Assembly: GCA_951406725.2 (NCBI GenBank)
Contig: OX597818.1
Span: 44,206,001-44,270,000, forward strand
DNA length: 64,000 nt
Direction of reading: 5' to 3'
Source: Octopus vulgaris
Lineage: Eukaryota
Shown here: piece after piece, positions 11,618 to 24,755 of the stretch
Layout: each line of letters starts with the position of its first letter
Position numbering within the stretch: position 1 is the stretch's first letter
Program-made: the position numbers and the translations under genes
Notes under the pieces: model-generated
The model's database searches: none
The model's input: only the letters and a program-made list of their open reading frames with translations
Told to the model about the DNA's origin: nothing

Positions 11618-12214
11618 TGGTTTCAAATTTTGGCACAAAGCCAGCAATTTTAGGGGAGGGGTACATTGATTACATCAACTCCAGTGTTTACTGGTACTTA
11701 TTTTATTGACCCTGAAAGGATGTAAGGTGAAGTTGACCTCGGCAGAATTTGAACTCAGAGTGTAAAGATGGATGAAATGCTGCTAAGCACTTTGCCAGGC
11801 ATACTCTTTTACTCTTGACTGCGGCCATGCTGGAGCATTACCTTTAGTCGAGCAAATCAACCCCAAGACTTATTCTTTGTAAGCCTAGTACTTATTCTCT
11901 CGGTCTCTTTTGCTGAACCGCTAAGTTATAGGGATGTAAACACACCAGCATTGGTTGTCAAGCGATGTTGGGGGGACAAACACACACACACACGCACACA
12001 CACACACATATATATATATATACATAAATATGATGGGCTTTTTTCAGTTTCCGTCTACCTAATCCACTCACAAGGCTTTGGTCTGCCCGATGCTATAGTA
12101 GAAGACACTTGTCGAAGGCGCCACGCTGTGAGACTGAATCCGGAACCATGTGACTGGTAAGCAAGCTACTTATCACACAGCCACTCCTGTGCATGTTTAC
12201 GATTCTGCCAGCTC
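11618..12214 (-). mobile_element. old SINE family A copy split by a nested family B SINE (11803-12190)
   Basis: Family A body at 11618-11802 and head remnant gattctgccagctc at ~12200. Full family B copy lies between them. Confidence 0.85.
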
Positions 12215-12632
12215 ATAGTCTTTAAATTCATCAAAATATTACAGTATCATCAAGTATCACAAAATTTACTCCATGTGGAAGGATATTTTTTTTGATCTGT
12301 ATATTAAACAACTCACTGTTTCACATGCATACATATTGATCTCTGTTTAATTGAATGGCTAAGATCATTTTGGTGAGCTTAGGGACATAAACCAAACGGA
12401 ATAAATACTACACAATATATTTGTTTGATGCACCGATTTATTGACAGTCCCTCGCCTATACACATGTATACGTACGTATACACATACCACAGGCCTTCAC
12501 ACAGTTACCATCTACCAAACCAAGGCTATTGTAGAGGACACTTGCCCAAAATACTAGATAGTGAGTTTGTGAAATAAATTGTGAGGCTGTGAAATAAATT
12601 TCTTAGTGAGACACTTAGGTTTGTGCCAAGAG

Positions 12633-13180
12633 TCATCATCATCATCGTTTAACATCTTCTTTCCATGCTAGCATGGGTTGGATGAATGACTGAGGGCTGG
12701 CGAACCAGATGGCTGCACCAGGCTTCAATCTTGATCTGGCAGAGTTTCTACAGCTGGATGCCCTTCCTAACACCAACCACTCTGAGAGTGTAGTGGGTGC
12801 TTTTTACGTGCCACTGGCATGGGGCCAGTCAGGCGGTACTGGCAATGACCTCGCTCGAATCTTTTTACACATGCCACCGGCACAGGTGCCAGTAAGGCGA
12901 TGCTGGTAACGATCATGCTCGAATGGTGTCTTTTACGTGCCACTGGCAACGATCACGCTTGGATGGTGCTCTTAATAGCCAACTAGCACGGGGCTCGAGT
13001 GCCAGTAAGGCGACGCTGGTAACGATCACGCTCGAATGGTGCCTTTTAAGTGCCACTGGCACTGAAGCTGGTTAGCCGCTCTGTCAATGATCACATTCGT
13101 ATGGTGCTCTTTGCACCCTGCTAGCATGGACGCCAGTCATCGAATTTGATTTTGATTTTGATTTCACTTGCCTCAACAGC
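12633..13180 (-). mobile_element. RTE LINE 3' UTR with ~60-bp internal repeats and (GAT)n tail
   Basis: Reverse-complement match to 35520-36042. Ends in (cat)n on the plus strand. Confidence 0.8.
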
Positions 13181-14770
13181 TTTAATCACTTTCTCATGAA
13201 AGTTTCAGTTTGGTTAGCTTAAACTTTTGACAGCTGTTCATTGAAAAAGGTCAGAAGATATACACTTACAAATATAGTACACCTGGCTAACATTGTGTAG
13301 CTGTAAGGTTGCATCTCTTGGCCTTTAAATAAAAATCTTGTTTCTCATGAGTTGCATGTAAAATGAAAAAAAAGGACATTGGGGTTGGGGTGATACAAAC
13401 CCTGTGCACAGACTAATTTTTTTGCAAATTATAGTGAGGCTTACAATGTGTTGCTTACCCATGGATTTTGATTGAACTGAATTAAGCTTTGTAAATGTTT
13501 GACTAAAAGAAAATTAGAAGTAATTCATATGAAAAAAAAGAAGAAAATGAACAAAATAATCTAACCACTTGCTTATTGGGAAATTCGTTAGTTCAATTTA
13601 AAAAAAAAAATTTTGTTTTTTTAAGATAATCAAACCAAATGTTCATCATTTCGAGCCACTTACCTAATGAGTGTTTCTGTCAAATGAAGGGAAAATCATT
13701 TTCAGAAAATCATTCTTTGATGGCTTTTCAAACTCAATCAAACTTGCTTACATATGCTTCAAAAGGAAGTTAAACAATATAATTAGGGGAAACAAACATT
13801 ATGCTGGTAGTTTTGACTACCAGTGTAGATACAGGCTCTCACATACATGGGCTTCCGCGCAATTTCTGTGTATCAAATTTCACTCACAAGGTATTGTGGA
13901 AGAAGTTTGCTGAAGGTGTGGTTGAATCTAAAATTATGTGGCTGCAAAGCAAATTTTTTAACCACACAGTTATGCCTGTACATTATAGAATATTTTTGAT
14001 TTTTTTCCCTTAAAATTTATGATGTTTAGTGTATAATGACAAGTAACTGAATTTTGGGAAAAACGATGTTGCATAATCATTCATGTTTCTACAATAAAAA
14101 ATATGCAAGTTAATTCAATCTGATGTCTGATGACAATTAACATGTAGCAACATAACATGTCATATTGTTGAAGTTAAGATGTGATGAAGAAATGGTAAAA
14201 GGAAGGACAGAATTGTCAAAATAATTACTGTTGTACAACATAAATGAAATGAAAGAAGGAAAAATTTGACACCACCACCAGCACCACCACCACCACCTTG
14301 GTATCAAAGCAAAAATTATTATTTAGTCTTTGTGAGCAGACCTATGACCAAATGTATTTTAGCCATGACCATCCCATCATTTGTATATTTTGCACTACAA
14401 TCCAAGCTTTAATGGTTGAATGTGTCATCTATAATTGCCAATTCTAGCAGTGGTTTATTTTCAGAAATAAGTGAACCTGTTTAATGTCCTCAATACAAAT
14501 CCATCCCCTGGTAAGTTTCGACCTTGATCATTTCTTAATAGATTCTTCCACCATAGTCCATCCTCCATGCTGCTTCTCAAGGCTTCTCATTTTCATTTAT
14601 TCTAATTCCTCATTTTGGACCTACCTGGCTTGGTTAAACTTTTGCTAGGAGTAAAACTGCTCTTGCAGCTCTTTGGAGTATAGGGATACACATGTTCCAC
14701 AAACACAATTATAGTAAGAATCAGTAATGGGGTCTAATCAATATTGATGGTGACTTTATCTGATATGTTC

Positions 14771-15027
14771 ATCATAATCATCATCATCATTGTTTAACGT
14801 CTGTTTTCTATGCTAGCATGGGTTGGATGGTTCGACCAGGGATCTGGGAAGCCAGGAGACTGCATCAGACTCCAGTCTGATCTGGCAGTGTTTCTACAGC
14901 TGGATGCCCTTCCTAACACCAGCCACTCCGTGAGTGTAGTGGGTGCTTTTTACGTGCCACTGGCACAGGGGCCAGGAGAGGCTGGCAACGGTTATGATTA
15001 GTTGGTGCTTTTTATGTGCCACCGGCC
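14771..15027 (-). mobile_element. RTE-type 3' tail
   Basis: (cat)n-gtttaacgtc...gctggatgcccttcctaa...gtgggtgctttttacgtgcc motif. Confidence 0.8.
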
Positions 15028-15392
15028 TGTTTTCAAAATGTTTGTGCATAATTTAAGGAAGATTTGGTGGCCATTTTTGGCAAGTTGAGCTTCCATGTTG
15101 TTAATGAAAGATATGAAACAGAATATATTGCAAAATTTAAGAAACTACTGACTGTAAAATAAAAAAATAAAAAAACAACACAAAAATTTGACTTTAAGAT
15201 AATTTTTTTGCCTCTAGAACGTGGGTTGAATATAGATGGTGCTTTATCTCAAACATGTAATAATGATTCGACTGCAGGGGATTTTTCTAGTTCGTAAAGA
15301 GTTAACAATTTGTAGTGTTGTGGATATATCAGCTTTAAAAAAAATAACTGTATATTGGCATAGTTCCATAAACTTTTAGTAAAATAGTTTAA

Positions 15393-15613
15393 CCCTTTCA
15401 ATACCAACCTGGCTGAAACCGCCTCTGGCTCCGTAGTACAAATGTCTTGTTTTCATAAATCCTGAATTAAAATCTTCCACCAAACCTTAGTCACAATTTA
15501 TGTTCCTAACACCAACTTAATGGTAACTAAGTTATTTTACTAAATTCTTTGTTATATTTAAAATAATTGAAAGAAACACAGAGCATCTCAAAATAAATAC
15601 AGTAATGAAAGGG
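15393..15613. mobile_element. piggyBac-type MITE family C
   Basis: TTAA|CCCTTTC ... GAAAGGG|ATAA. Homologous to 25658 and 34093. Confidence 0.85.
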
Positions 15614-15952
15614 ATAATTGAGGAATTAACTTTAGTAATCAGTTGTCGGGCTCAACACTATTGTCTGGTTTAAAATCATCATCTAGGCCTTAAATGGCTT
15701 TTAGGGAGTCCACTCTGTTGCAGGTATTTGGGCCAGGTCTCTAGTCTCCTGTCTGTCTCAGAGGCCCTAAAAAGGGTCATGGGCATTGGAGCCATATCCT
15801 GACTGAGCCATTGTTCCCCATCCCCAATACTTTATTAATTCTGGAAGTATGAAAGGCAAAGTTAAACCTGATGGGTGTTTGAACTCAAAATGTCAAAGAA
15901 GGAAACTAAATACTATCAGGCATTTAATTTATGCTCTATGATCTCTACCTGT

Positions 15953-16290
15953 GAAGACACATGGCACAGTGGTTAGAGTGTCAGGCTCACAATCATGAGA
16001 TAGTGGGTTTGATTCCTGGACTGGGCTGTGTGTTGTGTTCTTGAGCAGGACACTTTATTTCACATTGCTCCAGTTAACTCAGCTGTAGAAATGAGATGCG
16101 ACATCACTGGTGTCAAGCTGTATTGGCCTCTGCCTTTTCCTTGGATAATATCGACGGCATGGAAAGGGGAGCCTGATATGCATGGGTGACTGCTGGTCAT
16201 CTATAAACAACCTTGCCTAGACTTGTGCCTTGGAGGGTAACTTTCTAGGTGCAATCCCATGGTCATTCATGACCAAAGGGGGTCTTTACT
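15953..16290 (+). mobile_element. tRNA-derived SINE family G variant
   Basis: A box tggcacagtgg, B box ggtttgattcc, central ttgtgttcttgagcag. Tail shared with 24248-24440. Confidence 0.8.
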
Positions 16291-16564
16291 TTTAACATCT
16301 CTACCACTCTATCATTCTCAAGGATTATATAATAATGATATGTTATGTTCCAAGCATTGTCATTAATTTCACTTTAGATTTACCAATGAGAAATACGGCT
16401 TCAGAATTTACAATTGAATAACTTTTTAATAATAATATTGCATCAAAATTTACAAATGAATCATCGTTATCACTATTTAATACCTGTGTTACAAGTTGGC
16501 ATGTGTTGGTCAGTTTGATAGGATCTCAAGTTGCATTTTAGCATGACCTCAATGGCTGGATACC

Positions 16565-16798
16565 TATTTCTTTACTACCCACAAGGGACTAAACACAGAG
16601 GGGACAAACAAGGACAGACACATGGATTAAGTCAATTATATCGACCCCAGTGTGTAACTGGTACTTATTTAATCGACCCTGAAAGAATGAAAGGCAAAGT
16701 CAACCTCGGCAGAATTTGAACTCAGAACATAGCGGCAGACGAAATACCACTAAGCATTTCACCCGGCGTGCTAGCAATTCTGCCAGCTTGCCACCTTA
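16565..16798 (-). mobile_element. SINE family A monomer
   Basis: Full unit. TSD aatggctggatacc at 16551-16564 and 16799-16812. Confidence 0.9.
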
Positions 16799-17057
16799 AA
16801 TGGCTGGATACCACTTTACAAAGCATACTGAGTGCTTTTTTTTCATGGCACCAGCACTAATGAGGTCATCAACGAACTTGCAAGACAAAACCCTTGATTG
16901 AGTAAGGGTGCAGTATTGAGGGAAGTGGCTTTGTGCCAGGCAGTGACAGGCTGAAGTATGATTGAGGGGCAGGAACAGGTATCTTGCTGTAGAGGAGATA
17001 CATGGCTATTTCATCTGAAAAAAAAAGAAAGGGTGGTGGAGAAGAGGTAATAGGAGT

Positions 17058-17300
17058 ATACTTCTTCTTGATCTTGAGACAGCATTCACCCGGGGTGGAT
17101 TGAGCTGGCTTCATTCATCCTCAATGCTGCATCTCTTACAAACGCCTGGCGATTTGAGGCTATGACTGCATGATCTCCAACCACTCCTTATTCCAGCAGC
17201 GAACGCTGTAGATATGGGGCCCTAAGTTGGGTTCCAGATCAGCCTTGACTGTCATCAGCCTTGACCTTCAAACAAGGAGTGCACTCAAGGAACAAGAAGC
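17058..17300 (-). mobile_element. 3' end of a second RTE-clade LINE
   Basis: Minus-strand translation TVKADLEPNLGPHIYSVRCWNKEW resembles RTE C-termini, followed by an (AAG)n tail. Confidence 0.55.
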
Positions 17301-18306
17301 GGAATATAAGAGAGAGTAAGGATAGAGATTTGAGGACAGGTGGAAGAGTAACTTCCAGAGTGTGAAAGGAGGGTGATAGATGGCTAGAGCAGGGGCTAGG
17401 GTGGTAGAGTTGAAAAAGGAGAGTGATAGATGGTTAGAGCAGGGGGTAGAGTTGAATGCAGTGCATGGTGAATAACTTTATGAATAACATTTCAGAATAG
17501 TGGTGCTATTAAGTTAGACATGACCTGGAATAATTCTGACTGAAAATTTTTAAATTTATCCAAGTAAGTTTATGAAATTCTCCTCCTTGTTCCCTATTTT
17601 CTGATATTCTTGCTATCTCTGCCACAAGCGAACCAATCTTCTCAAAATCTATTTTAACATTAATTTAGTTATCTTGACTCGAGTGTCTCTCTTTAACACC
17701 CATTATTCCCACCCCTCTCTACAACATTAGTATTTACAACTACGCACCAATGCTTGTCTGTAGAAAACTTAGAGAAAAGCACTGTTCTACCATCCTCCCA
17801 TTAGCATCTCACACCCATCAACATGTTTTGTCTGGCTCCATGTGTAAGGCATCCTTTTCACATTGCCATAATTTAATTTTGCCCTCTAATCAATAGATTT
17901 CTTCAAAAACATTTTTCTTGCATTGATAGGAAATGCCAGTCAGACACACGTAACTACAAAAATACTTGTGTATTTTTACTCATGTATACACGACACAGTT
18001 AAATACATACACACGTGTAAACAAATGCACACACATACACAAATATATACATTAATGGATAAGGACACAAATATACACACATACACATACAGCCGCATTT
18101 GTGTCAACATATACATCTAAGGTCTTGGTACAAGTTCTACTTGAGTCGTTTTTCATTAGAAGCAGATGTTGCATTATTCTCTTTTAGGTAAAGGCAATGA
18201 AATGGCAGGAAAATTTGGTGTGATGGACTAAATAGCTTTCAGTAATTCTTTTATCTTCGGTATTTTGTGTTCAAATCTCATCAATGTCACTTAATTTGTA
18301 TTTATT

Positions 18307-18625
18307 CATCATCATCATCATCGTTTAACGTCCGTTTTCCACGCTAGCATGGGTTGGACGGTTCGACTGGGGTCTGGGAAGCCAGGGGCTGCACCAGGCT
18401 CCAGTCTGATCTGGCAGTGTGTCTACAGCTGGATGCCCTTCCTAACGCCAACCACTCCGTGAGTGTAGTGGGTGCTTTTTACGTTCCACTGGCACAGGAG
18501 CCAGGGGAGTCTGGCATCGGCCATGATTGGTTGGTACTTTTAATGTGCCACCGGCACGGAGGCCAGTCAAGGCGGCGCTGGTATCGGCCACGTTCGAATG
18601 TTGCTTTTTATGTGCCACCGGCAAA
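18307..18625 (-). mobile_element. RTE-type 3' tail
   Basis: Same motif as 14771 and 12633, with (cat)n tail. Confidence 0.82.
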
Positions 18626-18939
18626 GGTATCACAACTACTATTTCCGTTGATATATTCAGGGTTGATAAAATAAAGACCAGTAACATTCTAGGGTAAATT
18701 CAATCATTTGTATCCCTTTCTTACACATCTGTGACTGTACACTAATCTAAGAAACTCTTATTTACAAAAGGATTTGCATTAGAAGTTATCTATTTACGAG
18801 CTGCATCAGTAATTCAGTTTCACTTTCCATGTGAAAAAGGTTTGAATGCAACAGTATTCTCTTTCACCTTCCACTTTAAACACAAACTCATGACAAAAAG
18901 TAGTTAATATTTTTTTCCAAAATAACAAAATTGGGTTCA

Positions 18940-19321
18940 ATAATAAATCTCTGAACGAGGTATAAACAGTAACTGCAGTTACTGTTTATACCTTGGTCAG
19001 AGATTTATTATTGCTTGTTTACACTTTTTCAAGATCAGTGACAAAAAGTCACTGGAAAAAGGATATATGTATTTGCATTGGGACCCCTTCGCATCGAAGA
19101 CTGGTGATTGTCGTGCGCTGATGATGGGTAAATACCCAGAAACCCGGATCCATGCATATCACATCAGGTCGATGATAGGAAGGATGGCCTCCCTTTGCAA
19201 ATACCGATTGGGCACAGAAAGTGTGTCAATAGCCAGCTGGAGAAGATGTTCTCCTGGGGCTACAAGCTACAGTAACATCCACCCTTAGTGGTTAGCCACA
19301 TTTAGATGGCAAATATACTTC
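18940..19321 (+). mobile_element. non-coding retroelement with 5' foldback palindrome, hammerhead motif and 15-bp TSD
   Basis: TSD acaaaattgggttca at 18925-39 and 19322-36. Loopless palindrome at 18939-19012 centred on aactgcagtt. Hammerhead at 19113-19155. Confidence 0.8.
19113..19155 (+). ncRNA. minimal type I hammerhead motif (decayed)
   Basis: gtgcg-CTGATGA-tgggta-aa-taccca-GAAAC-ccgg-ATC-catgc. Stem II is perfect. ATC replaces the GTC needed to pair with stem III. Confidence 0.7.
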
Positions 19322-19601
19322 ACAAAATTGGGTTCATAACAGTAGAATTTTAGTATGAATAAGTCATAGCTATAAGAAATCTCTCTCTCTTTCTCTCTCT
19401 TCTCTCTTTCTATTTTTCTTGTTGTTTGATTTTAATGGATGAAAAATCTTCAGATTATAAGGTCTAACATTTGTAGCAACTTTGCATGTTATTTTTGGAC
19501 AAATGTCATTTTCTGTAGCTTTAGGTTGGTTTCATAACATGAGATTGAAACTGGGTAGATGGTAACTGTATAGAAACCTACTGGGTGGATTGTACCTTTA
19601 A

Positions 19602-20231
19602 CCCTTCAGCATTTAAACAGATCATATATTCAGCACAGATATTCTACCTTGCTTTATGTTGAAACTGGCCAAATCCAACCCCTTGAACCTACCCTACAAT
19701 GTCATTCTAAGAATAAACAATCACATCATCAAAATCTCTAAGATACAGGAGTGGCTGTGTGGTAAGTAATTTGCTTACCAACCACATGGTTCTGGATTCA
19801 GTCCCACTGCATGGCACCTTGGGTAAGTGTCTTCTACTATAGCCTCGGGCTGACCAAAGCCTTGTGAGTGGATTTGGTAGACAGAAACTGAAAGAAGCCC
19901 ATCGTATATATGTGTATATATATATACATATGTGTGTGTGTGTGTGTTTGTGTGTCTGTGTTTGTCCCCCCAACATCGCTTGACAACTGATGTTGGTGTA
20001 TTTACGTCGCTGTAACTCAGCAGTTCAGCAAAAGAAACCGATAGAATAAGTACTAGGCTTACAAAGAATAAGTCCTGGGGTCGATTTGCTCGACTAAAGG
20101 CAGTGCTCCAGCATGGCCACAGTCAAATGACTGAAACAAGTAAAAGAATATAAAAGATCATGCATGATTAAATCAAAACAATGTGAATAAATAAGCCTTA
20201 CATTTGACAAAGTAATCTGAATGCTAAAGGG
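19602..20231. mobile_element. piggyBac-type MITE family D with nested SINE family B (19745-20155, +)
   Basis: TTAA|CCCTTCAGCATT ... AATGCTAAAGGG|TTAA. Homologues at 26138 and 28450. Confidence 0.85.
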
Positions 20232-20513
20232 TTAATTCAAAAGGTACAGCCTTGTCCCTCTCTGAGTCATTCTGATTATGTCTGAGAATTATGTTGAGGG
20301 TAGGCACTGGCGTGGCTGTGTGAGTGTGAAGTTTTTCTTCCCAAAATGGTTTCAAGATTATTCCACTGTATGGCACCTTGGACAACTATTTTCTACTATA
20401 GACCAAGGTGCTGACCAAAGCCTTGTGAATGGATTTGGTAAACTGAAAGAAGTCTGTTGAGTATATATCTGTCTATATGTGTGTGTGTTTGTGTGTCTGT
20501 ATTGCTTTGTCTT

Positions 20514-21122
20514 AAGGCGGCGAGCTGGCAGAAACATTAGCACGCCGGGCGAAATGCGTAGCGGTATTTCGTCTGCTGCTACGTTCTGAGTTCAAACTCC
20601 ACCAAGGTCGACTTTGCCTTTCATCCTTTCGGGGTCGATTAAATAAGTACCAGTTACACACTGGGGTCGATGTAATTGACTTAATCTGTTTGTCTGTCCT
20701 TGTTTGTCCCCTCTGTGTTTAGCCCCTTGTGGGTAGTAAAGAAATAGGTATTCCGTCTGCTGCTACGTTCTGAGTTCAAACTCCGCCAAGGTCGACTTTG
20801 CCTTTCATCCTTTCGGGGTCAATTAAATAAGTACCAGTTATGCATTGGGGTCATTTAAATAAGTACCAGTTACGCATTGGGGTTGATTAAATAAGTACCA
20901 GTTACACACTGGGGTCGATTAAATAAGAACCAGTTACGCACTGGGGTCAATTAAATAAGTACCAGTTACGCACTGGGGTCGATTAAATAAGTACCAGTTA
21001 CGCACTGGGGTCGATTAAATAAGTACCAGTTACGCACTGAGGTCGATATAATCGACTTAATCCGTTTGTCTGTCCTTGTTTGTCCTCTCTGTGTTTAGCC
21101 CCTTGTGGGTAGTAAAGAAATA
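20514..21122 (+). mobile_element. SINE family A dimer with 7x32-bp internal expansion, nested in an older family B-like SINE (~20305-21350)
   Basis: TSD tgtattgctttgtctt at 20498-20513 and 21123-21138. Unit junction gaaatag|gtatt near 20747. Repeat units start every 32 bp from 20823 to 21015. Confidence 0.9.
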
Positions 21123-21464
21123 TGTATTGCTTTGTCTTGACATTGCATGATATTTGTAAAAGAGTGTCACCATTATACAAGCAGTGTCCGTCATTTCAAA
21201 TTTTCTGTATAAACATGTCTGGCTCTGAGGAAATATTATCTTACTTGGAAGTGGGAGAGGGTTGGTGGCAGGCAGGGCATTTGGCCTTAGAAAATATGTC
21301 TCAGAGATTTCCACCTGACCCATGTAAGTTTGGAAACGTGGACATTAAATTGATAGAATGCTCAGTTGCTTGCATGTCAATTCGGAAATGGGTAATTCTG
21401 TTGATCAAACTGGATCCTCATCATTGAACGATGGAGATCCATCCCTGTAGTTAACCAAAGGAAA

Positions 21465-21868
21465 TACTCTTTTACTCTTTTACTTGTTTCAGTCATTTGA
21501 CTGTGGCCATGCGGAAGCACCACCTTTAGTCGAGCAAATTGACCCCAGGACTTATTCTTTGTAAGCCTAGTACTTATTCTATCGGTCTCTTTTGCTGAAC
21601 AGCTAAGTTACGTGGACGTAAACACACTAGCATTGGTTGTCAAGTGATGTTGGGGGGACAAACACAGACTCACAGACATGCATATATATATATATATATA
21701 TACGACGGGCTTCTTTTTAAGTTTCCATCTACCAAATCCACTCACAAAGCTTTGGTTGCCCCAAGGCTATAGTAGAAGACACTTGCCCGAGGTGTCACAC
21801 AGTGGGACTGAACCCGGAACCATGTGGTTCGTAAGCAAGCTACTTACCACACAGCCACTCCTATGCCT
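21465..21868 (-). mobile_element. SINE family B
   Basis: Full-length match. Confidence 0.9.
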
Positions 21869-24247
21869 AGGAGTGTTAATTACTATTGATTAGGAAAGGT
21901 GCACGTATTGATTTGACTCCAGTTACTGGTGCAGGTTATACATCTTGAAGCATTCAGAAGTAATTTCTACTCTGCCATTATTTTAATTCAGAATTTAGAT
22001 GAGAATTGTTTAAGAAAATTTTTACCTTAAATACCTCTGTAATTCTGTCAATAAACTTGAAAGGGTGATATAGTTATTCATGAAGAGAGAGAGAGAGACA
22101 GAGAGGTGAATGGAGAATGTGAAACTTTTTCATCTTTTCAAACCTAGTGACATTTAATTTTCTTAGGCGCATAACAAAATTGAAACTTCAGTTTAGAAGG
22201 ATGCCAGTTATTGGTGAATTGTAAGCTCTAATACTCTCATCAGATCAGAGGATAAAGTAATTTGATAAAGCAATTTTGCTGTAAATATATATATTTTTTT
22301 TAGTGTTTCACTGAAGAGAATGTCGTTACTAATTTCCAAACTGTAAGCCATGCTGCTGAAATCTATGGCGGCAGTGTTGGAATTATTTTCAGAGATGTTA
22401 TTTACGTCACCTGTTGCAGTCAGCTTTGAAAATCTTTCTAATATTTACTCTTTGGGTATTCATTTTATTGTAGCATTTTGTGAGATCATAGTTGCCTGTG
22501 AAAGTGACAGGTGTTAGATTATTCAGTCTCTGAGATGGAAATTTTCTGCATTCTTAATTAACAACGGTTGACACTAGTTAGTAGACAATTTAGAGACAGC
22601 TGAAAAAACAAACCAAAAAAAAAAAAAGAAAACGAACAAAAACTGAAGTACAAATATAAATTAGTTTTGCTCATGGGAATTAACAGAAAGGAGAGAATTT
22701 TACTTCTCTTTGTAAAATTATATTTAATAAATTCAGTATTTTCGCAGATAATATAATGTTTGCTTAATGCAAGGAAGATTTCTTAGAATTTCATAATTGA
22801 AACAGTTAAAAAAATGATGAATCTATATATCACTAGTAATTGTAAAATTGAAATACTCCCAACATAATACCTGTCTGTACTGAATGCTTCTATTTATTAG
22901 TGTTTTAGGATCTAGCTTATTGTACTCGAAGTAGTTCTAGAGTGTAAAGAATTGCTCATCAAAGATGATGATAGTCTTAAGCAATAATTTAATCTTAAAA
23001 TCTTTCCCCTGAAGAAATGTTAAGTTATTCTTTGTGTTCAGGTTTTCTCAAATATTGCATATTTCTTCTTATTTATTTATTTATTCATTTATTAGAATAT
23101 GATTTCTATTTTGTACTGTATTGTACAATTATATTGTCAGAATATGGGAGTAATAATTTTTTTCTATTATTAATTACTTATCTGCAAAATATGCTATGTT
23201 AAACAAACATTGTATATGAGCTGTTGAAGAACAAAGGATATAATTAATGGTATTTTCAATTACAAAGTGAAGACATTTCTTTTTGATGCCATTCATTTCT
23301 ATGTCACAGTCATGCAACTTCAGTCAATTTTGATAGAAATTGAGCCAATAATACTAAGTAACTGATTAGCTTCTTCTGGTTGACTCTTTGCCATTAGACT
23401 TTTATCCTATTTTGGTTTAATTTCCTGCGGCTTTCAAGCTGACTTAATTTTGTTTTCTGTTGTCCTGTTTAACTCCAAGTTGAGGTTTTAATGAGCAGAC
23501 CTATGGTCAAAGGTATTCCAGTCTTAACTGTTCTGTCTTTATTTCATTTAGGACTCTTTTATTCAGTGTGCTCATTTTTAATTTAGTAGGCTGTTATTTG
23601 AGGGAGATTTAGCTGCTATTTTTCTTATAGATAAAGTGATCATGTAGAGCTATGATGAAAAGGCATTCCAATCATAGGAATCCTATCCTTTCCTTCAAAA
23701 ATGTATTCTGGACTATATTATTCGCTGTGTTTCTTTTTAAGAAGGTCAGATGTGATTTGAGGGAGATTTGGTGTTTTTTTTTCAGATAAAAAATACCTTG
23801 TAATGATTCTCTTATAGGCTCTGGTACATTTACCAGAGTTGCTGAATGTGTTGTGATTATGTTTGATATTCTCTGGTACTGTTGGTAATCAAGAAGATGG
23901 TGAATTTGATAGGTTCTGCTTATAGTCTTTGTTTCAAGACAAGAAGTTGACATAGACTGAAAGTTTTATCTGGAGAATGGTAGGAAGTGACTGTGATGCT
24001 GTCTGTGTATGAGACTGTTTGCCTTTTGTTGTTTAGCCTCAGGTGTGTCATAGTCCTACATTATCCTGTGTGGTCTGTTTATTTTGTGTTGCCTCTTGAT
24101 ATGGTTTTGGAGTATGCGATTTAGATGAATTTTTGGTACTTTCTGCTGCTGCCATTGTTGTTGTGTAGTGCCAGGTCATCTCTGATTAAGCAGTTCTGTA
24201 GTGATAGGTGAGGTATTTTTTGAGATACACACATGTATTGTGTATGT

Positions 24248-24755
24248 GACCCCCTTCAGTCATGAATGACCATGGGATTGCACCTACAAAGTTACCCTCC
24301 AAGGCACATGTCTGGGCAAGGTTGTTTATGGAAGACCAGCAGTCGCCCATGCATACCAGTCTCCCCTCTCCATGCCACCAATGTTATCCAAGGGAAAGGC
24401 AAAGGCTGATACAGCTTGGCACCAGTGACGTCGCATCTCATTTATTAACGCGTAAGTGGCTGAGCACTCCACAGACATGTGTACCCTTAACGTAGTTCTT
24501 GGGGAGATTCAGCGTGACACAGAGTGTGACAAGGCTGGCACTTTGAAATACAGGTACAATAGAAATTGGAAGAAAGAGGGAGAGAAAGTTGTGGTGAAAG
24601 AGTACAGAAGGGGCCACCACCACCCCCTGCTGGAGCCTTGTGGAGCTTTAAGTGTTTTCGCTCAATAAACACTCACAATGCCTGGTCTGGGAATCGAAAC
24701 CACAATCCTACGGCTGCGAGTCCACTGCCCTAACCACTGGGCCATTGCGCCTCCA
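24248..24755 (-). mobile_element. chimeric SINE: family F head and body joined to family G-variant tail
   Basis: 24440-24755 matches 28893-29200. 24248-24440 matches 16090-16290. Confidence 0.82.

Noticed and set aside
20823-21046. CRISPR-like array of 32-bp repeats
   Set aside because: No spacers, the unit is an internal SINE segment, the context is eukaryotic and there are no cas genes.
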